From the NCBI GenBank assembly GCA_946619915.1, contig CAMOMP010000008.1, positions 5,995 through 69,994 on the forward strand: a DNA stretch of 64,000 nt, written 5' to 3'. Within the stretch, counting starts at the first letter, position 1. Every line of letters begins with the position of its first letter. The stretch comes from an uncultured Prevotellaceae bacterium. GTDB lineage: Bacteria; Bacteroidota; Bacteroidia; Bacteroidales; Bacteroidaceae. Below the pieces are notes generated by a model. That model saw only the letters and a program-made list of their open reading frames with translations. It made no database searches and was not told the DNA's origin. Below, in pieces: positions 55,360 through 64,000 of this stretch. A program made the position numbers and the translations under genes.

Positions 55360-55443
55360 CTTTTTGTCTATCTTTTGTGGACAAAGTTACAAAGAAGTAT
55401 GTGGGCATGCAAGTTTTGTACCTGAAAATTACGGGGCGCACAA

Positions 55444-55478
55444 AAAAGGGACGTAGTCACATGTACCACGTCCCCTTT
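55444..55478 (-). terminator. Hairpin terminator downstream of the giant T9SS gene
   Basis: GGGACGT..loop..ACGTCCC flanked by A and T runs. Confidence 0.55.
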
Positions 55479-55532
55479 ATAATAATTATAGGTTGTTGAG
55501 TTCTTGGATTAAAAAAGAATTTCGTTTATGAC

Positions 55533-55560
55533 TTTTCTCTTTTAATTTTTCTCTTTTATC
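55533..55560 (-). repeat. Heptamer array (minus strand GATAAAA GAGAAAA ATTAAAA GAGAAAA)
   Basis: Starts at the nucleotide after the TGA stop at 55561-55563. Confidence 0.75.
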
Positions 55561-58500
55561 TCAATAAAGCACCTTTTTACCACCAATAATGTTGATACCC
55601 TTCTGCAGGCGGTTTATGCGCTGACCTGCCAAGTTGTAGATAGCATCACCATTTTGAATTCCGAATGATGGATTTTGGATTTCATCAATACCATCTTCCT
55701 CATCCTTAGTTGGATTGTGGTAGCCAAGAATCTCATCATAGAGAACAATCTTGTGAGTTGGGTCAAGAACAGGATACAGATCCTTCTCGTCGCCAGTAAG
55801 ATTCTGGTACCATGCAGGAATCTCCTGAACACCATTCAACTTGAAGCAAATCTCGCCGCTTGCCAACTGGTCAGTTGTTACCAGGATGGAAGTATTGGTA
55901 GACTTAGCTACAGCACCAAAGGCAGCTGTACCACTGTAATAGTTGTTGCTGTAGGAAGCACCATTGTTCTGAAGTGCACCAGCAATCTGACCTGCGCAGG
56001 TGTTCGTTACCTCACCAATAGATAGGCAGTTATTAATGTTGTACTGAATATATGTTCCTATCCAGCCCACAATACCACCTGTAACACAACCGCTGACCGG
56101 TGATGAAGCAGCTTCGGTATTCACAATTGTGCCATCGAACAGACAGCTGGTGATGTTAACATGTGCGCTTGCATTATTATAGACATGACCCACGATACCG
56201 CCATACATACCATCGTCACTTCCGCCATCATCCGTCACAGTGAACGTACCAGAGTATGAGCAACGATCAATATTCACCGTACTATTGTTAAAGACATGGC
56301 CTAAGATACCGCCAATGGTTTTTGTATTGACTGTGCTGTTGATATTCAGCGAACTGTGAACGTTACGAATATTTACACTGTTGTCACGGGCAAAGCCGAC
56401 AACACCACCACACTGATTAAAGCTGTTGCTGTCGAGAGTGAAGTTACCGCTAATGCTGAAATTCTCGATAACAGCACCATTGGAAACAACACCGAACAGA
56501 CCATAATAACTCTGGTTTGCAATAACGTTGAAGTTCTTGATGGTATGGCCCTGACCATCGAAGTGACCTCTATAGGCAGCTTGCTTGTTACCCCAGAAAC
56601 CGATAGGTGACCACATCAAATCTATGTACTCTGGATTTCCATCACTTGCCAATTCTGTAAAGTCAATATCGCTTGTCAAAACAGCACTGGCTTTTGAGTC
56701 TCCATCGTTCACAATCTTAGCAAAGAGTTTCAACTGCTTAGCAGTAGATATCTGATAAATACCATCTACCTGAGGCATCATCTTATCCAAGATATTCAGT
56801 TCATCTGCAAGGACAAGAGCCTGTTCAGCAGAAACACTACCATCGGCAAAATAGCCTATAGCGTTATAAGCCTTTCCACTCAATTCGTCGAACTCATCTT
56901 CGGAAATAATACCCAGATTAAGCCAGTCACTAATAACGAGATCTGTTTTCTGGGCAGTCATAGCCATTGCTATATAAGCCTTACGGCAAGTATAAACCTC
57001 ATTAAAGAGTGCAGAGAAGGTATTAATGAGTGCCATCTTCTGTTCACCGGTAGCAGCTCCATCAACGCTTGCAATAGCCTCAGCAAGGCGGCCCTTCAAC
57101 TCTGTAGAGATATTGGGCTTCATGGCAACATCATCGTATCCGTCACTATTCTCGAAATCAACGATAACCTGAGCACGAGCGGCAAAGTCCTCCAAGACAT
57201 CGGCTAACTTCTCATTTGCTTCTTCAGCAGTACCGAGATAATACACACGCATATTGCCGAAAGGCATCCAGTCGCCAGCGTTACCTGTACCAAGATTACG
57301 CATACCGATAGTCAGCGTTCCGTCTGTAACCTCTGTGGCTGTGAGACTCTGGTAACGACCTGCTTCGAAAGCATAAGAGCAACCATCGAAAGAAGAAGGA
57401 ACATAACCGATGGGCTCCATATTCTCTATGTATGAAGCATCCTCACTGAGCAAACAGTTTACCTTATCTTCTGCCGCATTAACATCGATCATATCCTCAC
57501 CAGGTGACATGAAGTAGTTATAGGTATCGTTCAGGTATAACTGTCCAGCATAGAACTGAGAGTAAATATCCTGACCACTAAGGAACATGCCGTTCAAAGC
57601 CATCATATAGACACCATTGGACAAGCCCGTCAAAGTCTGCTTAACATCAAAGGAACCGTTCTTACCACCGGCGATATTCATAATCTCCTGCACGCCACCG
57701 GTTGCAATAATTGCGCCATCACCTGTTTCCTTGGTCCAACCATCAAATTTATCCTCGCCTTCTGTGAAAGTGGGATTGGTAATCAGACGGGTAATCTCGG
57801 TTCCAGGTGTTAATCCACCAGCAATCGCATTCTGCAGCATCTGATTTACCAAAGCTGTTTCAGCTATTATCTCTTCATCATTCAGATAGGAGTTATCCAA
57901 GATATATGGAGCACTACCATTGGGATAATCGCTACAAGGTTCTACACTATCCTGAAGATAAGTCAAAAGGAGGTCTGTATATTCTCCCTTCAGATCATTA
58001 TCTTTAATATATTCGGCAGCAGCATCACAAGCCTGAACGTAAGCAGCATAGTTGGCTGCTGAGGTCATAACAGCCTCCTTAACCTTCTGTCCTGCAAGGT
58101 AAGCATTGAAGAAATCTTTATAATTATCAATTGCTTCCCAAGACCCGATAACCTCAGAATAATCCTGAACCAAAGATGCGCGAGCTACAAATTTTTCATC
58201 CTCGATGATGGCTGTTTCATAAGCTATAACATCATCGCGGAAGGAAGCAAACGATTCCGGTTCATCTTCGGATGCGTTAGCATAGCCATCAATTACAGCA
58301 TAGACAAAAGCACCTGTGCCTGTGGGCTTTGGATATTCATCTTCATCAATAACCTGACGCCATACGGCATCAATGAAACTCTCACCGTTCAGTTTCCAGG
58401 CAATCTCACCGCTTGTCAATTGGGAATCTTCAACCTCAACTGGTATATCACCATTTGCCTTGCCGCCACTTGACGCGCCATTGACAAATTCGCCAACATA

Positions 58501-61155
58501 GTAATCGTTGACAAAAGTAGAATTGTTGCCATTTAGGGCACCGAAGAACTGTCCGAACTTATTCTCCGCTGCACTTACGAGACCAACAGAAAGACAGTTG
58601 CAGATAGTTGCCCTTCCACCATTATTGTATCCTACGATACCACCGAAGGTACAACCACCAGGATTCGCATTCTTATTAACAACCTCACCATCAAACAGGC
58701 AGTTGGTAATGTCAACAACGTTAGAAGAGTTATTGTTAACATAACCTACGATACCGCCATAATTACCACCGCCGCCAGCATCATTACCGTCCAGTATGCC
58801 TGAGTAGGAGCAGTTCTCGATGGTAAGCTTGTAGTTTATGTTATCAATATAGGCTCCGCCAAGGATTCCGCCGACTCTGGCACCTGCGCAAGTATTGTTG
58901 ATGTTCACGAAGCTATGGACATTACGGATTGTGGGATTAATATCACGTGCATATGCTGCCACGCCACCGCAATGTCCATAATTGGTATTGTATGTTCCGT
59001 AAAGGGTAAAATTCTCAATGATACTGTTTGACGAAATGACACCGAACAGACCGAAGAAGTTCTGCTTGGCAGTAGTATTGAGGTTCTTGATCGTATGACC
59101 CTGGCCGTCAAAATGACCTTGGTAGCCTGCGCTATTGACGCCACGGGTATTACCCCAGTCACCGATAGGAACCCAATTAATTTCCGTTTCCTCGGGATTT
59201 GCGCCTTCCGGCATAAGGTCTGCAAAGTCAATATCGGCAGTAAGGATGGCATTGGCTGTGAGAGTACCGGTATTCACCTTCTGCTCGAACCAAGCCAGAC
59301 GCCTTGCGTTTGATATCTCGTAGTATCCGTCAGCATTGGGTGTTAAGCCTTCGGGGAAGAAAAGACCACAATAGTCGCAGTAGCCATCCACAACGTTATG
59401 GTCATCTTTAATAGTGCCCGTGTTCTCATTAGAGAATACTGTATTGTCTGAGGGATCGCCATTACAATGCAGGTGTCCGTTCTTATAGACCTGTCCGTGA
59501 GTAGAATCAAAGAGAACGGGAACTTGGTCGGCGGGTAATGTTTGGTACCAGCCAATAACAGACTGGTCGCCGTTCAGGTTGTAGCAAACCTCGCCGCTTG
59601 CGTACTGATCCTCATTGAAGCAGAATGCCGTTGGCATCTTGATGGTGCTACCATCTCTGCCTGCATATAATGAGCTACCTTCGAGCCAGCAGTTAGCTGT
59701 CATCTTCTCGGGATCGTGAGTACGTAGCCAACCTACAATGGCTGCATCCTTATTGGTCTCTGCATTAGGATCAGTACAACTCACCTTACCCATGTTCAAG
59801 CAGTTCTGTACCCATGAGCCGGTATTGTTGCAGTAGCCTGCAATACCTCCTGCGGTACATCCTGGGTCGTCAAAACTGATAGTACCGTAATTGGCACAAA
59901 ATGAAACCTTGTCGCCCCCCAGATATGCCATAATACCAGCGAAATTGTCGTTACTACCGGCAGCTACGCTCATAGAACCATGGAATGTACAACCTGTAAT
60001 GGTGTTGTTTCCGGAAGATGAACCTACAACACCGCCCACATGGTGCACATCGCTAGAGGCAACATTAATCTCGAGATAGGAGTGAATACCCGAAATGACA
60101 CAACTGGAAGGATTGCCTACAACACCAGCTCCGGTACCTGCGGTTACCGTGAGGTTACCATAGATGCTGAAATTCTGGATGGTTGCAGCTGAGGCGTAGC
60201 CGAATAGTCCACCACCATTACCATCGCTTTTCGCATTGAAGCCACTTATTTTGTGTCCTTGGCCATCGAACGAGCCTGCAAAAGGATTCTCGCTGGTGCC
60301 GATGGGTGTTTCCCAAGTTCCGTTCATAGTGATGTCGGCTGTCAGCACACCACTCACATTCTCGCCGCTATTAACGGCTTGTGCAAAGTTTTTCAGATCC
60401 TCGGCATTGGAAATTTCCATTGATATAGGAGGAACCGCTCTACCCAATTGGAATACTTGCTCATCGGTGAGGGGTGTTTCCCAAAATGCAATTTCCGACA
60501 AATAGGTAAAATCAATTTTCTCACCATCTTCGTCGCAGAGTACATAAAAACCAAAAGGTTCCATAATATGACGTTGGTTCGCTCCGCCCTCGGCAATCTT
60601 TGCGCCATTCAAATAAAGTCTGACCTGAGTACCTGCAGGATTACTTTCATTGTACGTAATTGCAAAACGGTACCATTTATTATTCTGGATGTTACCAGCA
60701 TACTTCAGGGATCCTATACCAATCTGATTCTTATTGGTAAAGATGTCACCATCGTTGCTGTTAGCCTCATCCATCTGCAGCAAGCCATTGAAAGGTTGAG
60801 CATTAGGTACCATGAAATCCAACATGATAGTGTAAGCAGTAGAGGCCTCTACCCCTTCTGCACGACATACCTTCAGGGCAGAAGCTTTAGGCACATAGAT
60901 TGCCTTGCTGCCTGCTGTGGGACCATCTGCTGTAGCAATGCCTGCCGCATCGATAGTTGAAGTCTCAATGGCTTTGTTGCGCGGTATTACGCATGGGGTC
61001 AGAGTCAAATTGCCAACCGAGGGAGCCATCAGATCCTCGGCATTCTCAAAGGTCCACTTAGCAGTAGGTTCAGGAACCTGCGCCGTAGCTGCCATACGCC
61101 CCCCTATCAGGCATAATAGCACAGCCAAACAAAGAGAGTAAAATCGTTGTCTCAT
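55561..61155 (-). CDS. Giant (1864 aa) T9SS-secreted surface protein: LamG/ConA-like N-terminal domain, three GLUG-repeat modules, a central helical plus beta-sandwich region and a T9SS CTD
   Basis: Signal peptide. F(D)GQGH.I.(N/G)(L/F)N at aa 295, 681 and 1531, each followed by GLFG and repeated GG(I/V)VG..I.NC units. C-terminus AIYNLAGQRINRLQKGINIIGGKKVLY. Confidence 0.8.
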   Translation of the reverse strand: MRQRFYSLCLAVLLCLIGGRMAATAQVPEPTAKWTFENAEDLMAPSVGNLTLTPCVIPRNKAIETSTIDAAGIATADGPTAGSKAIYVPKASALKVCRAEGVEASTAYTIMLDFMVPNAQPFNGLLQMDEANSNDGDIFTNKNQIGIGSLKYAGNIQNNKWYRFAITYNESNPAGTQVRLYLNGAKIAEGGANQRHIMEPFGFYVLCDEDGEKIDFTYLSEIAFWETPLTDEQVFQLGRAVPPISMEISNAEDLKNFAQAVNSGENVSGVLTADITMNGTWETPIGTSENPFAGSFDGQGHKISGFNAKSDGNGGGLFGYASAATIQNFSIYGNLTVTAGTGAGVVGNPSSCVISGIHSYLEINVASSDVHHVGGVVGSSSGNNTITGCTFHGSMSVAAGSNDNFAGIMAYLGGDKVSFCANYGTISFDDPGCTAGGIAGYCNNTGSWVQNCLNMGKVSCTDPNAETNKDAAIVGWLRTHDPEKMTANCWLEGSSLYAGRDGSTIKMPTAFCFNEDQYASGEVCYNLNGDQSVIGWYQTLPADQVPVLFDSTHGQVYKNGHLHCNGDPSDNTVFSNENTGTIKDDHNVVDGYCDYCGLFFPEGLTPNADGYYEISNARRLAWFEQKVNTGTLTANAILTADIDFADLMPEGANPEETEINWVPIGDWGNTRGVNSAGYQGHFDGQGHTIKNLNTTAKQNFFGLFGVISSNSIIENFTLYGTYNTNYGHCGGVAAYARDINPTIRNVHSFVNINNTCAGARVGGILGGAYIDNINYKLTIENCSYSGILDGNDAGGGGNYGGIVGYVNNNSSNVVDITNCLFDGEVVNKNANPGGCTFGGIVGYNNGGRATICNCLSVGLVSAAENKFGQFFGALNGNNSTFVNDYYVGEFVNGASSGGKANGDIPVEVEDSQLTSGEIAWKLNGESFIDAVWRQVIDEDEYPKPTGTGAFVYAVIDGYANASEDEPESFASFRDDVIAYETAIIEDEKFVARASLVQDYSEVIGSWEAIDNYKDFFNAYLAGQKVKEAVMTSAANYAAYVQACDAAAEYIKDNDLKGEYTDLLLTYLQDSVEPCSDYPNGSAPYILDNSYLNDEEIIAETALVNQMLQNAIAGGLTPGTEITRLITNPTFTEGEDKFDGWTKETGDGAIIATGGVQEIMNIAGGKNGSFDVKQTLTGLSNGVYMMALNGMFLSGQDIYSQFYAGQLYLNDTYNYFMSPGEDMIDVNAAEDKVNCLLSEDASYIENMEPIGYVPSSFDGCSYAFEAGRYQSLTATEVTDGTLTIGMRNLGTGNAGDWMPFGNMRVYYLGTAEEANEKLADVLEDFAARAQVIVDFENSDGYDDVAMKPNISTELKGRLAEAIASVDGAATGEQKMALINTFSALFNEVYTCRKAYIAMAMTAQKTDLVISDWLNLGIISEDEFDELSGKAYNAIGYFADGSVSAEQALVLADELNILDKMMPQVDGIYQISTAKQLKLFAKIVNDGDSKASAVLTSDIDFTELASDGNPEYIDLMWSPIGFWGNKQAAYRGHFDGQGHTIKNFNVIANQSYYGLFGVVSNGAVIENFSISGNFTLDSNSFNQCGGVVGFARDNSVNIRNVHSSLNINSTVNTKTIGGILGHVFNNSTVNIDRCSYSGTFTVTDDGGSDDGMYGGIVGHVYNNASAHVNITSCLFDGTIVNTEAASSPVSGCVTGGIVGWIGTYIQYNINNCLSIGEVTNTCAGQIAGALQNNGASYSNNYYSGTAAFGAVAKSTNTSILVTTDQLASGEICFKLNGVQEIPAWYQNLTGDEKDLYPVLDPTHKIVLYDEILGYHNPTKDEEDGIDEIQNPSFGIQNGDAIYNLAGQRINRLQKGINIIGGKKVLY

Positions 61156-61200
61156 AATAATATTGCTTTAAAGTTACTAGGTTTAATAGTCTTCAGAGTG

Positions 61201-61208
61201 CAAAGATA
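61201..61208 (-). promoter_or_regulatory. -7 promoter box (TATCTTTG on minus) for the giant gene
   Basis: CAAAGATA on the plus strand, 46 nt upstream of the ATG at 61155. Confidence 0.5.
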
Positions 61209-61330
61209 ACTTTTTTTATTTCGCGCACAAAAAAATCTCACAAAAAAAATAGTATACATATCAAAATACACACAATAAGCCTGAAAACAAACTGAAAAAA
61301 AACAAGGATTAGACGCATAAAAAGAAGAGA

Positions 61331-61423
61331 AACTGTATCAAAATAAAGATATCAAGTAGAAGGCTATAGTTCGTAACGTACGAACTGTAATAACCTGCTA
61401 TGTATCTTTATTCTGATACAGTT
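61331..61423. terminator. Nested inverted repeat (21-bp arms enclosing an 8-bp-stem hairpin) downstream of the second GLUG gene
   Basis: AACTGTATCAAAATAAAGATA (61331-61351) pairs with TATCTTTATTCTGATACAGTT (61403-61423), one mismatch. Inner AGTTCGTA-ACG-TACGAACT at 61368-61386. Confidence 0.55.
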
Positions 61424-61460
61424 CCTCTCTAATAATTATCTATACGCTATAAAGTCTATC

Positions 61461-64000
61461 TTAATAAAGGATCTTCTTGCCTCCAATAATGTTGATACCC
61501 TTCTGCAAGCGGCTTATGCGCTGACCTGCCAAGTTGTAGATAGCATCACCATTTTGAATTCCGAATGATGAATTTTGGATTTCATCAATACTATCTTCCT
61601 CATCCTTAGTTGGATTGTGGTAGCCATTATAAGCATCGTAAATAACAATCAAGTGTGTATTGTCCAAAACAGGATAAGCATCCGTGCCCAATGTCTGGAA
61701 CCAAACAGAATTCATTTCCTGATTGTCACCATTCAAGTTGTAGCAAACCTCACCACTTGCCAACTGAGCATCGGTAACAGAAATTGGTGTAGAACCAGCA
61801 GCCTTGCCAGCACTTGTGGTACCCTTATCAAACTCGCCCAGATAATAGTTGTTATCGAAAGTTGAGTTGTTACCTGCAAGTCTGCCTATAATCTGGCCGT
61901 AGTTTCCATCGCTTGTTGTAATCTTACCGACAGACAAGCAGTTCTTGACAGTGGCCTTACCTGCGTTGTTGTAACCTATGATACCACCACACTGACCATC
62001 AGCTGTTGTGCCGTTCTGAATCTCGCCTTCGAAAAGACAGTTGGTGATATTAAGAACTGTCTTGACATCACTGTTGACATATGCGACAATACCACCATAG
62101 TTACCAGTTCTCTCTCCGCAATTGATGGTTCCGGAGTATGTACAATTCTCAATTGTTGTTGTACCGTTACTTATGGTTCCGATGATACCACCAGGTCTGT
62201 TTCCACCAGCCATACTTGTGATATTCAAATAGCTGTGGATGTTGCGTACAACAGGAGCATCATCACGTGAATAGCCTATTACGCCACCAGTCTTGTGGTT
62301 GAGGATAACATTTCCGTAGATGGTGAAGTTCTCGACAATAGCACCAACAGAAAGTACACCAAAGATTCCAAAGTAGTTGCGGTTTGAAGTAGCATTGAAC
62401 CCAGTAATCGTATGGCCCATACCATCGAAATGGCCCTTATAGCCAACACCCTCTGAAGCCCAAGTTCCTGCTGCTGTCCAAGGATTAGCCTCAGTAATAG
62501 TCTCGGAAAGGTCGATATCCTTCACCAACTTGGCGTTCAGAGTGTACTCCCCAGCATTTACCCTTTCGGCAAATGATCTCAGTTCTTCCGCAGTCTTGAT
62601 ACCAAAGTATCCGTCGGGAGTCTGATGACAAACAGTACAAGCACCGTCCACGAAATCGTGATTGTCGCGCCTATAACCATTATTGTCGTTAGCATATCCA
62701 AGCTCGCCCTTAGCACGACCATCACAAGTAAACTCACCAACAGGATAGACGATAGCATGTGTAGCATCCAGAACTGGATAAGCATCCTGTCCCAATGTCT
62801 GATAGAAATAAATGTCATCAACATCGTTCAGGGTGTAGCAAACCTCACCGCTTGCCAACTTGTCAGCACTTACCTCGAAGGTGTTAGCAGTGATTGTAGG
62901 CATATCCACACCTTCGTTGGTGCCAAAGCCACGAGAAGCTGTGCCCTCCAACCAGAAGTTGTTAACATAAAGAGAAGGAGCGTTTGCACGGAAAGTTCCG
63001 GAAATAGCCGATGCGTTAACCAATGAAATCTTACCAACCGACAAGTTGTTGAGCAACTCTATGGCTGTAGTGTTGGCATAACCAACCAGACCACCAACGT
63101 ACGAAGCCTCGTTTTCTTCATTGCCTATAAGAACACCATCGAACAGACAATCCTTCATTGTCATAGCACCAGCGTATCCTACAACACCGCCAAAACTGTC
63201 GCCATTGGTACCAATGTTCAATGTACCACTATAGCGACAACCAATAACCTTTGCAGAGTTGGTGGCTGCACCAACAATACCACCGATATGCTTGCTAACA
63301 GAACCTGTTTCAATGTTTACAGAGCTATGGACATTCTCTAACACACCACCTTTCAGTTGACCTACGACACCTACAAAATCCACATCGGCAGTAGTAAGTG
63401 TACCTTCGATGCTAAAGTCCTTAATAGTGCCGCTTGCGCATGCAAACAGACCATTGTAACTATCAAGAGCATTTGTGATGGTGAAGTTAGTTATCTTGTG
63501 ACCCTGACCATCAAAAGTTCCTGTGTAAGGAGAAGCAGAATCTAACGAGCCGTATTTTCCATGTGGACCAATTGCCCTCCACTCCAGACCAGTCAGGTCA
63601 ATATCGTTAATAAGTTTGGCATTTGCATCCAGTTCACCAACAGCTACCTTGACAGCAAAGACTGCCAAATGAAGGGGAGTTCCAAGCAGATAAGTTCCAT
63701 CCTCGTCTGTTGGAGGAACCAGGTTACCATACTCGCGCATAGCTTTAACGGCATTCTGAGCTTCCAAGGTACTGTATGTACCTTCCATGAATGCCATCTG
63801 AGCTGCATCTGCCAAATCATACATATCGTTTTGAGCATCTCCAGTGATAGCCTTGCAATTAAGCAATTCATCTGACATGACTATCATCTCGTCGGCAATC
63901 CTTACCATCTCGATGTATGCCTTGCGACAATCGTAGACCTCCTTCATCAAAGCAGAGAAGCGGTCTATCAAAGCTATCTTCTCATCGCCCGTAGTTGCCT
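61461..64000 (-). CDS. Paralogous GLUG-repeat T9SS cargo protein, 5'-truncated by the window edge
   Basis: The frame stays open to nt 64000, and its upstream residues still align to aa ~1370 of the first paralogue. Two GLUG modules (TFDGQGHKITNF, HFDGMGHTITGFN) and CTD ..AIYNLAGQRISRLQKGINIIGGKKILY. Confidence 0.8.
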   Translation of the reverse strand, partial: ATTGDEKIALIDRFSALMKEVYDCRKAYIEMVRIADEMIVMSDELLNCKAITGDAQNDMYDLADAAQMAFMEGTYSTLEAQNAVKAMREYGNLVPPTDEDGTYLLGTPLHLAVFAVKVAVGELDANAKLINDIDLTGLEWRAIGPHGKYGSLDSASPYTGTFDGQGHKITNFTITNALDSYNGLFACASGTIKDFSIEGTLTTADVDFVGVVGQLKGGVLENVHSSVNIETGSVSKHIGGIVGAATNSAKVIGCRYSGTLNIGTNGDSFGGVVGYAGAMTMKDCLFDGVLIGNEENEASYVGGLVGYANTTAIELLNNLSVGKISLVNASAISGTFRANAPSLYVNNFWLEGTASRGFGTNEGVDMPTITANTFEVSADKLASGEVCYTLNDVDDIYFYQTLGQDAYPVLDATHAIVYPVGEFTCDGRAKGELGYANDNNGYRRDNHDFVDGACTVCHQTPDGYFGIKTAEELRSFAERVNAGEYTLNAKLVKDIDLSETITEANPWTAAGTWASEGVGYKGHFDGMGHTITGFNATSNRNYFGIFGVLSVGAIVENFTIYGNVILNHKTGGVIGYSRDDAPVVRNIHSYLNITSMAGGNRPGGIIGTISNGTTTIENCTYSGTINCGERTGNYGGIVAYVNSDVKTVLNITNCLFEGEIQNGTTADGQCGGIIGYNNAGKATVKNCLSVGKITTSDGNYGQIIGRLAGNNSTFDNNYYLGEFDKGTTSAGKAAGSTPISVTDAQLASGEVCYNLNGDNQEMNSVWFQTLGTDAYPVLDNTHLIVIYDAYNGYHNPTKDEEDSIDEIQNSSFGIQNGDAIYNLAGQRISRLQKGINIIGGKKILY

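Noticed and set aside
63969-63971. 'M' start of the 836-aa ORF in the supplied track
   Set aside because: It is a non-ATG codon. The frame remains open to the window edge and the upstream residues still align to the first paralogue, so the gene is truncated by the window and does not start here.

Overview
This is a chromosomal window from a Bacteroidota genome, probably Prevotella/Segatella-like. That placement rests on TAnnTTTG -7 promoter boxes, T9SS C-terminal sorting domains, a GENNYALAA tmRNA tag and the gene content. No tools were run: products come from motifs read in the supplied translations, and all coordinates and identity counts were made by eye.

Layout:
- 1-7.4 kb: RNase P RNA, a YihY-family protein, a small Wza-like exporter, RNase Y/ZapA and a degenerate sugar-transferase homologue.
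- 7.5-27.3 kb: two adjacent Wzx/Wzy-type polysaccharide loci. The plus-strand one carries a Wzc-type tyrosine autokinase, a Wzi-like barrel and a WecA-GT fusion. The minus-strand one carries a long OPX, a kinase-less PCP, Wzy, Wzx, glycosyltransferases and an acyltransferase, followed by wecB.
- 27.5-30.2 kb: tmRNA and an SGNH/MBOAT O-acylation pair.
- 30-42 kb: housekeeping genes (AICARFT, HD, DUF389, DUF853, pgeF-obg-adk-hpt, fba).
- 42-55 kb: a scattered set of secreted nucleases with a TonB-dependent receptor and OB-fold-like lipoproteins.
- 55.5-64 kb: two giant paralogous GLUG-repeat T9SS cargo proteins, the second truncated by the window edge.

Leads worth following:
1. A DUF559 endonuclease ORF is bracketed by 33-nt inverted GC-rich hairpin elements. 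About ten more copies of that element lie in the window, and some are translated in frame inside genes.
2. A family of heptanucleotide tandem arrays sits exactly at stop or start codons.
3. A phosphoglycosyl-transferase homologue lacks the catalytic Asp-Glu dyad.
4. The Tyr-rich tail of the Wzc kinase is encoded by a perfect 9-bp x5 repeat.
5. The nuclease/TBDR cluster looks like an extracellular nucleic-acid utilisation system.

No CRISPR array, tRNA, rRNA, integrase or transposase was seen.
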